A stretch of 64,000 nt of DNA from Octopus sinensis (lineage: Eukaryota). Below the pieces are notes generated by a model that saw nothing but the letters and a program-made list of their open reading frames with translations, had not been told where the DNA came from and did not search any database. Within the stretch, counting starts at the first letter, position 1. Every line of letters begins with the position of its first letter. The stretch covers positions 159,278,001 to 159,342,000 of the forward strand of contig NC_042999.1 of assembly GCF_006345805.1 (NCBI RefSeq). The letters run 5' to 3'. Shown here piece after piece: positions 40,989-53,705 of the stretch. A program made the position numbers and the translations under genes.

Positions 40989-43138
40989 CTGGAATTGAAA
41001 GAGTTTGTTTTGAATAGTAACTTGCTAATACTCGATATAAAAGCAACTTACAAAACACTATGTCACAACCGCTTACGTGATGACTTTCGACTTGCATTGA
41101 AAGCAATTATTGACAACCTGGTATAAATAATTCACTCAAATTATTATTTTCTTACAGAGACACGCCTATAAATTTATAATTGCAGATAAGATTAGTCATA
41201 TCTGTCCTTGTATTAGCAATAATTCGGAAATTGTTTGGCTTCAAAGTGGAATAAACCATCTCGCTTTCACGATTACTGTAGAGCGCTCTTTCTTAATACT
41301 CAATGACTTGTCCATGTTAAACAACGCTTTTGATTCATTGCCAATAGTTGTGAGATAAATGCATTAATTTATATTCTGTTTGTCTCAAATCATTTTATGC
41401 AGACATAGCTCATAGCTTTTCATCCTTTATTACATGATAGTAATTAGGTGTTACAAGAGAAATGTGTTTGATTGCATGTATCCTATTGATTTGAATAAAT
41501 CATATTTGTTATTTTGACTCTGCTAACAGGGCTCCTATCATTGAATGTTATCTAACAATCCATGACTGAATATTTCATTTGGCTATCTGATTGATCTACC
41601 ATTTATATAACGTTAGAACACTTACTATCAAGAAACCAGAATTAGGCACACTTTAGTATTATAAAAGCAGCATGGTTCTCTCACAAATAACTGGTGAATC
41701 GTTAGTGTATATTGTTTTTATTGTAGTCTGGAATGAACACCAAGTTTATTAGGCTGTCCACTATCTGATATTATAAAGGCTGAATACAATTGACAAATAG
41801 GTATTTATTTCGGGTCAGTTTCGTATATAAAAACACATAATCTTTATTTGCATACAATTTACTTTGTAGTTAAGTACATGGAAGTTCGTAAAAAATAAAA
41901 CTCTGGGAGGAATATTTAATGCAAATTTAAACATGTTTTCTATGTGATGGATTTTATATATTAACATCGAAAGAACGGGATCAGTTTCTTGAGATTTGAA
42001 ACATTGATTCTTCTAATCCTCGCCCATTGAATTATGTATGAAGTTCCTCGTGGACTAATTTATTAGGTATCACATTAAAAACATTTCGTGAAGTTAATAC
42101 GGAGGCTGTTTCGGAAATAAATGACCGACGAACAAATTTAGCTACTCAATTCACTATTGGATTATGTAATGTGATAAATTTGTTGTCTCAAAACGTCAAC
42201 ACTGAATGATTAATTTCTGTAATTTATACGAATTTATATAATCTAACCGGGTGGGAAACGCGTGTTTACAGAGCAGGAGCTGGATACAATCTAATTACGT
42301 CGAAATTGCGATACTTTACTTGCCAGATACATATGATTAAAGTGTAATCTAAATCAAACTTTCATTATGGATTATATAAATCAAATTTGCTTACGTGCAT
42401 AGGTGTGGGTGACAGCGTGTATCCATGTATATATGTGTGAATATACGTATAATTTATGGATATATACATGAGTGTGTGCGTGCGTATGTGTGTGTCTGTG
42501 TATGTGTGATGAATGATGAGATCTTGCCTCACTTATTGGCTGTGAAGGTGAAGATGAAATCTGTTTCTTTTAAATTGTTCCCAAGTAGCTAGATTTGCGG
42601 ATGATTGAGAGTATAGACTAGATTATCTTCAAATTTTCCTACGGCTAATATTTACCATTGGTGGTATTTGAACAAATGCGGCATACATGAGTAGATTACA
42701 TATGTGTGCGTGTCTGTGAGCTTTTCTGTGTATACATGTACAGAAAAGTGTAGTGATTGGAAGAAATGAATAGGAATATATTAAGGGTATTTCAAAATAA
42801 CTTTAATAAGATTTATAGTATTCCTTTGGGATATGACAAGATTGGTTGCATGTAAGGAAGTGGTGCTATTGGTTAAGTAATGAAGCGGTTAGATTTACAC
42901 ATAATCTTCAGTTATTTCCGATGACTATATAATTCAAGATCAATGCCATATATTGTATATAAGTTTAATGTGCCTCAGTGGATCTGTATGTATATCATTA
43001 TGTTTATCTTTTTATGCGTGTCTGTAAATGCGAATCCCAAACTCATAAGTAAATATAATCCGTCACAATACAGAAGTATATCTATTATATTTATTTCATA
43101 TTTTGTGTTGATTTCTACATCAGATAGTGTTTAGATAA

Positions 43139-43428
43139 GGCACATGGCTCAGTGGTTAGAGTGTCGAGCTCACAGTCATGCGGTAGTGTGCTCAATTTCC
43201 AGACCAGTCTATGTACTGTGTTCTTGAGCAAGGTATTTTATTTTCACGTTGCTCCAGCTGTAGAAATGGGTTGCTGTATCGGCCTTTGCCTTTCTCTTGG
43301 ATAAGATCGGTGCGTGGAGAGGGGAAGCCGGTATTCATGGGCGACTGTTGGTCTTCCATAAACAACTTTGCCCGGACTTGTGCCTGGGAAGGTAACTTTC
43401 TAGTTCATTCATGACCGAAGGGGGTTCT
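43139..43428 (+). mobile_element. Older tRNA-derived SINE sharing its tail with 9444-9839
   Basis: Head GGCACATGGCTCAGTGGTTAGAG; tail GGGCGACTG..CCATAAACAAC..ACCGAAGGGGG. Confidence 0.7.
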
Positions 43429-44095
43429 TTATATATAGAGAGAGAGGGGGTAGACAGAGAGAGTAAAAGGGATTGAGGGAGACAGATAGAGGGAGACACG
43501 GAGACAAAAAGGAAAGAGGGAGACAGAGGGGAAACAGAGAAAGAAAAGGGACAGAGAGAGAGAGAGAGAGTAAACGTAGATGAATTAGGTGATTTAAGAG
43601 TTTACCCCAGGAAACACTTGCATGATCGGTGGCTACCTGAAATTGTATTCAGGATATAATTTCTAGCGTGGAAACTTAGGCTTCAAGCAAACAGAAAATG
43701 CATAAGATTTTCTTCCGTCGCGGAGTATAAACAGTAAAGAGTGGAGTTATGGTTTATAATTGTTTCGACAACTCGCAGTTGACCAATCGCACATCATGTT
43801 TATAGATATTTATGATTACGAAGAATTGTTCATGCCTATTATGTAACGTATATTACACAATAGTTGTCATTTAATCATAACCGTTCGATGAATATTGCAC
43901 CTATCGGTTATAAATTAAATGACTCCTGATATTATTATGTAAACTGAAGTACGTAATGTGCAAGCCTAAATAGTTGTTACTATCAATGTGTCTATAAACA
44001 CGATGATTGACAAGTCGCATGCAAGTTGTTGAAGCAACTAAAAACCATAGAATAAACGTAATATCCACAACTACATTCGTCACCTATGATATATA

Positions 44096-44133
<38 letters not shown>

Positions 44134-44136
<3 letters not shown>

Positions 44137-44363
44137 GGAGTAAACACATAAATGTGATACAAGGTGGAAAAAAAGAGTACTCAAATACCAGTGGTAGAGT
44201 AATATGCTTTATTTAAAGCAGCAGAAAATTCAACAAAATCTGTTACTCTGAGTTTCTCGTTGCCGTTCATCAGACAGTTTTTGCTAGAAAAACTGTCTGA
44301 TGAACGGCAACGAGAAACTCAGAGTAACAGATTTTGTTGAATTTTCTGCTGCTTTAAATAAAG
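44134..44363 (+). mobile_element. Family A element with a perfect 76-bp-arm hairpin (44207-44363)
   Basis: Arms are exact reverse complements; loop GCTAG at 44283-44287. Confidence 0.9.
44293..44330 (+). ncRNA. Minimal type I hammerhead motif, predicted cleavage GUA after 44326; mirror at 44240-44277 on the minus strand
   Basis: CTGT-CTGATGA-a-CG-GCAA-CG-a-GAAA-CTC-A-GAG-TA-ACAG. Confidence 0.7.
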
Positions 44364-46256
44364 TATATATATATATATATATATATATATTGAAAGAGAG
44401 ACATACAAACAGGCAGACAGGCGGACAGACTGACAGATAGCTTGTGTATGTATGAGTGAATCTATGTGAGTATACCTCAGAATATAATTTTAACGAATCT
44501 TATACAATGTCTACGGTAATTTCGAAGGGGAGGTTAAGCCGATAAAATCGACTCCAGGGCTAAACTGGAACTTATTTAATCTACAGTAGAAGGATGAAAA
44601 GAGAAGTCGACCACGGCGGAATTTGAACGTAAAGACAGACGAAATGCCAAGTATTTTCCCGGCGCTAACGATTCTGCCAGCTCACAGCCTTTAAGAAAAT
44701 ATCAATGTCGCAGAACAAGTGTTATGCGATTATATAACAAATTGGTCTTTTTATTTGGAATTTGATAACTATAATTAATACTTGATTTATACATATAATG
44801 TCGAAAGTTATAACATTTAGATGAAAGCGAGGAAATTACTAAGAAACGGAGGAGATTTGGGTCAAAAGAAATTAACTAAAGGAATTTCCTGAAATAAATT
44901 AAAATTGTGGAAGCATTAAAGTTATCTGATCTGAATGTTCCATGTTAGGAATAAATATATATTTGAATTAAGCCATCAAAAATAGTATTACTAAAGCTAG
45001 AAATTATAGGATATTAAAAATTATAGGATAGTAAAGTTATAAAATTATTTTAAACATTTATACAGAATTTATACAACCTGGTAACTATTGCAAAATTCAA
45101 CAATGTCTCAATAACGTTTTGTGATCTCGATTCAGTAGAGTTTAATATATCTTTGAGTAAAGATAACCAAATGTTTCGAAGCTGTACATATCAGATTTGA
45201 TTTACTGCATATCGCATTAAATTTATGGTGTTAATATAGTGTGTGTATAAGAGACGACAGGCAGAATCTTAAGAGCATTCTGTCTTCCTAAGTCGATGAA
45301 GTACTGGTGAAGTATTAGAATTGTTTTAGTTGACTATACCTTTACCCAATTTTTGTGGTCTTGTGTTCTAAAAAGGACTACTGTACCTGTAATATATTGC
45401 TGAAGACTAGTATGATGAAATCTGTGTACAATGCACATGCATTGTTATCTAAATATCAAAATACAAATTCGAAATCTAAAATGCTTGTCGCACACTTCAA
45501 AGCTTGTCTTTTAGAACATGTATCTAAAGAAATAATAGAACTGTATCTTGGAAAATCAACGTAATTCTGATATGCTGGAATAGCTTATCTCAGCAAACCG
45601 ATTCAAGAAGGAAACATTATTTTTTCTACCAAACGAAGTTCTAAAATTATAAATAATACTTTTTGCAATATTACCACTGATTCAGCATTGCACATCTTAC
45701 AAGTTTCTGACACGACACATGTCACCCAAATCCTGCCATGACTCTATTCAACAGTATGTCTTCCTATGTATTTATTTATCTATAACTGTATATTTGTATT
45801 TCTTTATATCTTTGTATCTAGTTACCTTCACATCTATCCACTTATCTATCCATATACCCATCCAAAGATACATATCTATTCAACCATCTTACACACTATT
45901 CGCCATTCCACCTACTTTGAACCATGTGGGCAATAAAGAAATAAATATATATTTCAGATCACGATATTATTTTTGTCAATTTCTCAGTAGATTCCTATAG
46001 TTCAAATTTATACCTCTTTCTCCATATCATGAATAATCTCTTAGTAATATACTATTTTAAATGGAAAAGATATGTGATTCTTTATGCATGGATATATGTA
46101 CGAGTCTTTGAATTTTATTCGATTCCAAAATTCGTAACCCTGCGAATATAGACGGAAAACAAATGAATAATGCAATGGTATTTAAATTTCGTCAAAAATA
46201 TATTTGATAAGGCATCTGCTTTTCATAAACTATATAAAAGATAAGAGATGACTTAC

Positions 46257-46561
46257 CTTAATGCGATAATAGTAATAGGTCGATAAGATTTATGACTTTC
46301 AGGAGAAGAGATATTCTTGCCCCAAAAATCATGAACGAACAGACTTGTTATCGGTGTTCTTAGATTGTTGACATCCGCGTTTTTCACTAAGGCCTCGCGA
46401 TCATCAAATATAAAAGTTCCATTAATGGTGACAATATTAGCAACAAAAGCCAGAGTTGTTACTAGGATTATATATAGTATCCAAATGGTCCAAGCTTTTC
46501 TTGACAAATTCATCAAATAATCCAGTTTGGAATCTTTCACATCTTTCATCAGATACTTCAT
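46257..46561 (-). CDS. TMTC4: TMTC-family O-mannosyltransferase, probable first coding exon
   Basis: ttacag|G ATG ... TTA AG|gtaagt; encodes a TM helix then FIFDDREAL..HDFWG..SHKSYRP, the TMTC N-terminal signature. The start codon could lie further upstream. Confidence 0.9.
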
Positions 46562-46656
46562 CCTGTAACGAGAAAATACAAATTTTGTATTCGTGAAAAA
46601 GAGAATATTTCATTGACGACAACAGTGATTTCTTCCAAAACTTCTAAGGATCCCTT

Positions 46657-46929
46657 GTTAGCTCGCGGGAGATTTGATCGAAAATGCGTTTAAAGAAGAA
46701 TGTGTGAGAACAAAAATTAAACATATTTCTGAAAAATAATATATCGAAGTGGGTAAATATCCAAATTTGTTAAGGAAAAGAATAAGAATATGAATAAAGA
46801 TAAAGAGGGGGAAAAGTAGGAGGAAAATTTGGTATTATTGAAGCTGGTTAGGGAAATGTCTTTGTGAATCTAGGTTGATGTCACTCAGTGCTTTCAACGC
46901 ATTTTCGATCAAATGCCCTGCGAGATAAC
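46657..46929. repeat. Imperfect ~39-bp inverted repeat pair (MITE remnant)
   Basis: 46657-46695 pairs with 46891-46929. Confidence 0.6.
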
Positions 46930-47277
46930 GTCTGACCCTTTGATGACAACGTAACTTCATTTGACTAAGGTATCATTGGCCTGACGAGTGGCTAGATAAC
47001 TGGTTAATTACTTCTTATGAGGTCCTGCTAGCTATGAAACTAATGTAGCCTGGATTTTATCTACTCCATACCCTAAATTTGGATTTTTATTCGCATACAC
47101 AACCACTCTTGTTGCCAACTGTGACCTATGAAATAACTTTTTTCAGCTTATTGAATTTCGATATTGGAACAATTTTACGCTAATAAACCACTATTGTTCC
47201 TGAAGGTTGTTTCTTTATACCTTCTTCTCACTGCTCAAAGCTTACTAATTTCCTACACCTTGAGCCTTGCATCTTAC

Positions 47278-47312
<35 letters not shown>

Positions 47313-47662
47313 ACTTATAAATAAGGGCTAAAGAAAATTATTTGTATGCCAATATGCTGATAACAGACTTTTAAATCATCAATTTCCGAACGACTTTTAT
47401 ATAAGCAACGATGGTTGTGTGTGTGTGAGAGAGAAAGAGAGAATAGGAAAACAGAGAGAGTGAGTGGGTGAGAGAGACAATGAGTACATACATGCTTAAA
47501 TTATTCAGAAATGGATCGCGTTGTATTCTGTCGTAGTACCAAAATTTTGTTTTTATTCTGATTACATGGAGGACGGATTGATGCCTCTGCAACATTTACC
47601 AACGATTTACAAATGAAGACGTTTTGTATCACCATTTGTTCTCTCGGTATTAGAGGTCAGAT

Positions 47663-48032
47663 CGTGGAGGCGCAATGGCCCAGTGGTTAGGGCAGCGGAC
47701 TCGCGGTCGTAGGATCGCGGTTTCGATTCCCAGATCGGGCGTTGTGAGTGTTTATTGAGCGAAAACACCTAAAGCTCCACGATGGTGGTGATCCCTGCTG
47801 TACTCTTTCACCACAACTTTCTCTCACTCTTACTTCCTGTTTCTGTTGTATCTGTATTTCAAAGGGCCAGCCTTGTCACTCTCTGTGTCACGCTGAATAT
47901 CCCCGAGAACTATGTTAAGGGTACACGTATCTGTGGAGTGCTCAGCCACTTACACGTTAATTTCACGAGCAGGCTGTTCCGTTGATTCGGATCAACCGGA
48001 ATCCTCGTCGTCGTAACCGACGGAGTGCTTCC
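47663..48032 (+). mobile_element. Full-length SINE with S3 head and an alternative 3' half, 14-bp TSD
   Basis: ATTAGAGGTCAGAT at 47649-47662 and 48033-48046. Confidence 0.85.
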
Positions 48033-48136
48033 ATTAGAGGTCAGATTCCCCATATACTTACAGACGACAGCGACTCGGGAAAAAATCTAAAAGACTTTTG
48101 AATTTATCATGTTAGATTTGAAGAGTCTAATTTATG

Positions 48137-48534
48137 CGCAGCAGTGGCTGTGTGGTAAGTAGCTTGCTTACCAACCACATGGTTCTGGGTTCAGTCCCAC
48201 TGCGTGGCACCTTGGGCAAGTGTCTTCTACTATAGCCTCGGGCTGACCAAAGCCTTGTGAGTGGATTTGGTAGACGGAAGCTGCAAAGAAAAGCCCGTTG
48301 TATATATGTATATATGTATATATACGTGTGTGTGTTTGTCCCCCTAGCATTGCTTGACAACCAATGCTGGTGTGTTTATGTCTCCATCACTTAGCAGTTC
48401 GGCAAAAGAGACCGATAGAATAAGTACTGGGCGTACAAAAAGAATAAGTCCTGGGGTCGATTTGCTCGACTAAAGGCGGTGCTCCAGCATGGCCGCAGTC
48501 AAATGACTGAAACAAGTAAAAGAGTAAAAGAGTA
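48137..48534 (+). mobile_element. SINE family S1, full length
   Basis: Matches 21471-21870; (AAAGAGT)n tail. Confidence 0.9.
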
Positions 48535-48621
48535 TGTCATTTAATTTTGACGTAAATAAATGAAGACAAGTTTATGCACGTTCATGGAATTTACGCATAA
48601 TGAACCTGTTTTATTTCGATA

Positions 48622-50045
48622 CTAGCAGTATCGCCCGGCGTTGCTTGGGTTTGTAAGGGAAATAACTATATATGCATTTTTAGAGAGTTATAGCCAAAAA
48701 ATAGCAAAAAAATGCATTAAAAATGGAAAAATGATGGTAATTTTTTTTTTAAATCGTTGACTCATCGTAGACATTTTTAGAGAGTTACTTCCCTTATATA
48801 ATAGTGAAAAAATGCATTAAAATGGAAAAAAAATGATGGTAATTTTTTTTTTTAATCGTAGACTCATCGTAGACGTGCGCTAATACCCAGAAGGGCTCGA
48901 TATGAATCACGACTATAAGATACCCGGTTTTGGTTAAACTGCACCGCAAAATGTGGGAGTAGTTAGGAATCTAAATCGTACGAGACAGACACACAACCTT
49001 ACTTTTATATATAAAGACTAGCAGTATCGCCCGGCGTTGCTCGGCTTTGTAAGGGAAATAACTATATAAGCATTTTTAGAGAGTTACTTCCCTTATAGAT
49101 GCCAATTCGGGCTTTCTTAGCCATTTCTGTTTTGGTGTCTTCAAGCCATGAAGTCGTTGTTCTAAAAGAACGCTGGTCTCCTTGACAACGCATTACGACG
49201 TTGATTTCCTTAAACTCCCTTCCCCACAGCTTCACGAGGGAGGGAAGAAGGGGGAGAAGCAAACACAGGTGCAGGTGTTTGAGCGTGGACGCCAACTCCG
49301 CCGCCATCGACACACGAAAAATTATGCATTAAAATGGAATAAAAAATGATGTTAAATTATTTTTAAAATCGTAGACTCATCGTAGACGCGCGCTAATAGC
49401 CAGACGGGCTCGATATGAATCACGACTATAAGATACCCGGTTTTGGTTAAACTGCACCGCAAAATGTGGGAGTAGTTAGGAATCTAAATCGTACGAGACA
49501 GACACACAACCTTACTTTTATATATAAAGACTAGCAGTATCGCCCGGCGTTGCTCGGCTTTGTAAGGGAAATAACTATATAAGCATTTTTAGAGAGTTAC
49601 TCCCTTATAGATGCAATTCGGGCTTTCTTAGCCATTTCTGTTTTGGTGTCTTCAAGCCATGAAGTCGTTGTTCTAAAAGAACGCTGGTCTCCTTGACAAC
49701 GCATTACGACGTTGATTTCCTTAAACTCCCTTCTCCACAGCTTCACGAGGGAGGGAAGAAGGGGGAGAAGCAAACACAGGTGCAGGTGTTTGAGCGTGGA
49801 CGCCAACTCCGCCGCCATCGACACACGAAAAATTATGCATTAAAATGGAATAAAAAATGATGTTAAATTATTTTTAAAATCGTAGACTCATCGTAGACGC
49901 GCGCTAATAGTCAGACGGGCTCGATATTAATCACGACTATAATATACCCGAATTTGGTTAAACTGCACCGCAAAATGTGGGAGGAGTTAGGAATCTAAAT
50001 CGTAGGAGACAGACACTCACACAACTAGAGTTTTATATATAAAGA
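48622..50045 (-). mobile_element. Head-to-tail trimer of non-autonomous Helitrons
   Basis: Units 48622-49017, 49018-49530 and 49531-50045; minus-strand junctions read CTAG|TC; one outer A|T site. Confidence 0.9.
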
Positions 50046-50291
50046 TATGTGCATGTGCTAGGATTCCTCTCTCACGAGCGTATTTTGTTTGTATACCCGT
50101 AACGTAGTGGATCGGCAAATGCAATTGTTAGAAATTAATACTTGTGTCGATTCGTTCGACTAAACCCTTGGAGGTGGTGCCCTGACATCGTGGCCGCTCA
50201 ATGACTAAAACAAGTAAAAGATAAAAGATTACACGCACACACAAACACACACACTTACCCGCGCACACACACACGCACATAATATATAAAC

Positions 50292-50484
50292 TCCTGTGTC
50301 CTTATGTTTACAAGGGGGAGACAAGCACCTCCACCCAACTAAGCCTGCATCCAGAGACTAGTGCATCCAGAGACTAGTGCTTGTCTCCCCCTTGTAAACA
50401 TAAGGACACAAGCACTAGTCTCTGGATGCAGGCTTAGCTGGGTGGAGGTGCTTGTCCCCCCCTTGTAACCATAAGGACACAGGA
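50292..50484. repeat. Nested palindromic rearrangement (A-B-b-A'-B'-A')
   Basis: Direct comparison of 34-36-bp blocks and their reverse complements. Confidence 0.8.
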
Positions 50485-50860
50485 AATGTGTCAAGGCCGA
50501 CAGGAAGCGTTGCTACTTCCTAGGGCTAAATAGCAGTAGTGTGATTCCCTTCATGGGACTGTCACATTAAGTTGACAGTATACAACTATTAGATCCAGTT
50601 TCTTATTGTTAAAAGAAGAGATTATCCTAAAGAGATTAGGAGAGACTAAAAATCAAAATCTAATTTTTTTATTATTAAATATTTTTGCATATTTAGAGTT
50701 TTTAAAATTTTTATTAATTATAATTCTCATGGATCTAATAAAGTTAGATTTTAGATGTTTGGCAAAAGGTATTATGATCCAAGTAGTGTTATTGCTATTT
50801 TCTTCCTTTTTAAACACGTCTTCTTTCTTAAATACGATGGATGGTGAACGTATGGTTCAT
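50485..50860 (-). pseudogene. Penelope-like element remnant (RT-to-endonuclease linker)
   Basis: NNTTWIIIPFAKHLKSNF..IINKNFKNSKYAKIFNNKKIRF..PNLFRIISSFNNKK resembles the PLE W.NPP..K.F..L..IFN....VSYS..PN...IISSHN segment; matched from memory. Confidence 0.6.
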
Positions 50861-53311
50861 TCCGACAGGAAACCACAAAATGTTTAATTGCAGAGATTCA
50901 CTCTTGAAGAGCAATGAAATGCTCGCAAATTACTTGTTTCTCGAGATATATTGAACGCTAGGCATTATTTCTTTGGGTGCTTCTTCCACCTCTTCCTGGC
51001 TAGCTGTCTCCGAACCCTTAGTATTTATGGAAATACTTTTATACGTTACTGCGCTTTGGGTGCTTTTGCCAACACCTTGTGGAGAATGATGGCTTAGTCA
51101 GCTCGTGATTTTTCGATCTTCATCAGTTCGGCCGCTTGGGCCAGACATAAGTCTTTTTGTATGATATCCAAATTCTACAGTCCAGTGCCTTTAGTAACCG
51201 TTCCTGCCTATGTATTGCTGTTATTGTTGTTGATGTTATTATTATTCAAGCTGGAAATATTGTTGCCATTTGTGCTGCCGAAGCTGAAGTTTTGTTAATA
51301 CTCTTTTCTATTTGTTTCAGTCATTTGAGTGCGGCCATGCTGAAGCACCACATTGAAAGATTTTATCGAACAAATCGACCCAGGGGCTTTTATCCTTCTA
51401 TCATAATTTTAGTTGTTGCAGTGATGGTGGTTTTGGAGTTGACAGTGGTCGTGTACGTGGCCGTATTGCCGCTGTTGGTTGATTGTCACTTTTACTGGGG
51501 ACAGTCAATTTCGTAGTTGGAATTAAATTCACGTGCTGTGTTGCTGTTGTTTTTGCTGCTGTTAGTCGCCTTAGTGGTCCACTGGACTTTCAACTTGGTG
51601 AGTGTTCACCTTCTCTTCCATTTGAGGATTGAAGGTAAATGAATCTGACGTATATTGCAACTCACTATCAAATCTACATCTGACTTCTTCCACCAAGTCT
51701 TTCAGCAAAGCGAACGTCGCTATGTTTGTTTTCTAAATGATTGTTTTTTACCCAAACAAATAAAAAGTTTTCTTTCAGAATTTGAACCACCAAAGGGAAA
51801 CAAATAGACCAACCAGACCAGTGCAATTTCTGATGGTTTTAACGAACGATTTGTAAACACAATTAAGCAACTAACAAATTTTGGAGGTACAAATAAACGG
51901 ATAAAACTTAAGACATACGTCCAGGCCTCTGTAACAAAGCTCAGGTATTCGTTTGCTGTCTTCTGGGATCAGGATAACTCTAATGTCGACTACCCGTTCA
52001 AAGTAAGCTGCCAAGAATGACCGCGAGTTAGGAGACGATGTCCTCATTCATATGGCTTCTGGTGGATGCTTCTGGTGTACCTCCACCTAAGGTCGGTTTA
52101 TGGGTAGGTAATCCACGTATTATTTGATCTTTGAAAATAACATACATCATGTGACCTGTCTCATCCAATGAAATATATATCGCTCCATGTATCTGCAAAT
52201 TAGACACCAAATAGCTGTTTAGGGAGCACAAGAAAAAGAGTCCTGAAACAATGTTATTGTACAGACACATTACTTAACTTCTCACTTGTTGCCTAGGCGA
52301 TAGCTTGTGACAGAGAGGCGGTCGCTTTTGTCATTTGCTATCAAGCTATTGATCTTTTCAACAAGGATTCTCTTATTTCAAGGAACACCTGAAGAGAGAG
52401 GGTCTGACCAGTATTTGAAACACTTTCGTTTGACCAAGAATATGTGTGAATATGGAACTGCTTGTTGTTGATGTTTGAAATCTACAAGACTTTCTTTCTT
52501 TCTGGATGAAATGTCATGACTTTGGGACTTTGTACGCTTAGAAAGCCTGTTGTCATTATAGTTTTGTCTTGTTTTCTGCTGTCTTTTTCATATATGAGTA
52601 TAAGATGGTGATGATTGCCATGTGATACGAAAACATTATTGTAACGTGAAATAGAAGTGCCATTATGTTTTGTCTTAAACTGGTATAATTATCTGTATAA
52701 AATAAAATCTGAAATTAATTTTATTGTTTTGTTTTATTTGAAAATTTCGAGGAATCTCGGAGCGCGTTTAAACTTGTCTAAATGAATCATCAGAGACAAC
52801 CATCGCCACCGCCACCACCACTACTACTACTACTACCACTACTATTTATGCATTTTATTCCAAAAACACTAAAACATCTTCAAACTCAATATGAAAGCTA
52901 ACATTCATGATGAAAATCAAGTCGACAAAATGATTAAATTAAAAATGTGTTATGTAAGTTTAATATGAATGGGAGCGTGTATTTATCTATGTGTGTAAGT
53001 ATATTCGTATGTGTATGTGTGTGTGTGTATGCGTGCGTGTGTGCGCGCGTGTGTGTGTGTGTGTGTGTGTGTGTTACGCATTTATATCTGCGAGCATGTG
53101 TACGCACTGAGTATAAAACTCTAAGGCGAGAACATCTTGAGCATATTTCAGTGACAACTCTCTTACAAATATACAAATATAAAGATTACGACACTCCAAA
53201 ACCCCTTAAAACGGCATTAGCACGGTTTGCTCAAACTCGTAACATATTAACATAAAATGAAAATTCTGAGCCCATTCTAGAAGAATCGAACGAGCAGACC
53301 TTATAAATATT

Positions 53312-53705
53312 TTACTCTTTACTCTTTTACTTGTTTCAGTCATTTGACTGCGGCAATGCTGGAGCACCGCCTTTAGTCGAGCAAATCGACCCCGGGACTT
53401 ATTCTTTGTAAGCCCAGTACTTATTCTATCGGTCTCTTTTGCCGACGGGGACGTAAACACACCAGCATCGGTTGTCAAGCAATGCTAGGGGGACAAACAC
53501 AGACACACAAACATATACACATACACTTATATATATACATATATACGACAGGCTTCTTTCAGTTTCCGTCTACCAAATCCACTCACAAGGCATTGGTCGG
53601 CCCGGGGCTATAGCAGAAGACACTTGCCCAAGATGCCGCGCAGTGGGACTGAACCCGGAACCATGTGGTTGGTTAGCAAGCTACTTACCACACAGCCACT
53701 CCTGC
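53312..53705 (-). mobile_element. SINE family S1, full length
   Basis: Reverse complement of the S1 copies. Confidence 0.9.

Noticed and set aside
47666-47735. tRNA gene-like sequence (also at other SINE heads)
   Set aside because: Continues into SINE body and tail, is multi-copy and has a TSD; I could not close a proper acceptor stem.
51600-52600. Possible ORF1 remnant of an I-group LINE on the minus strand
   Set aside because: Only vague similarity (VVDIRVILIPEDSKRIP) with many stops; needs an HMM search.
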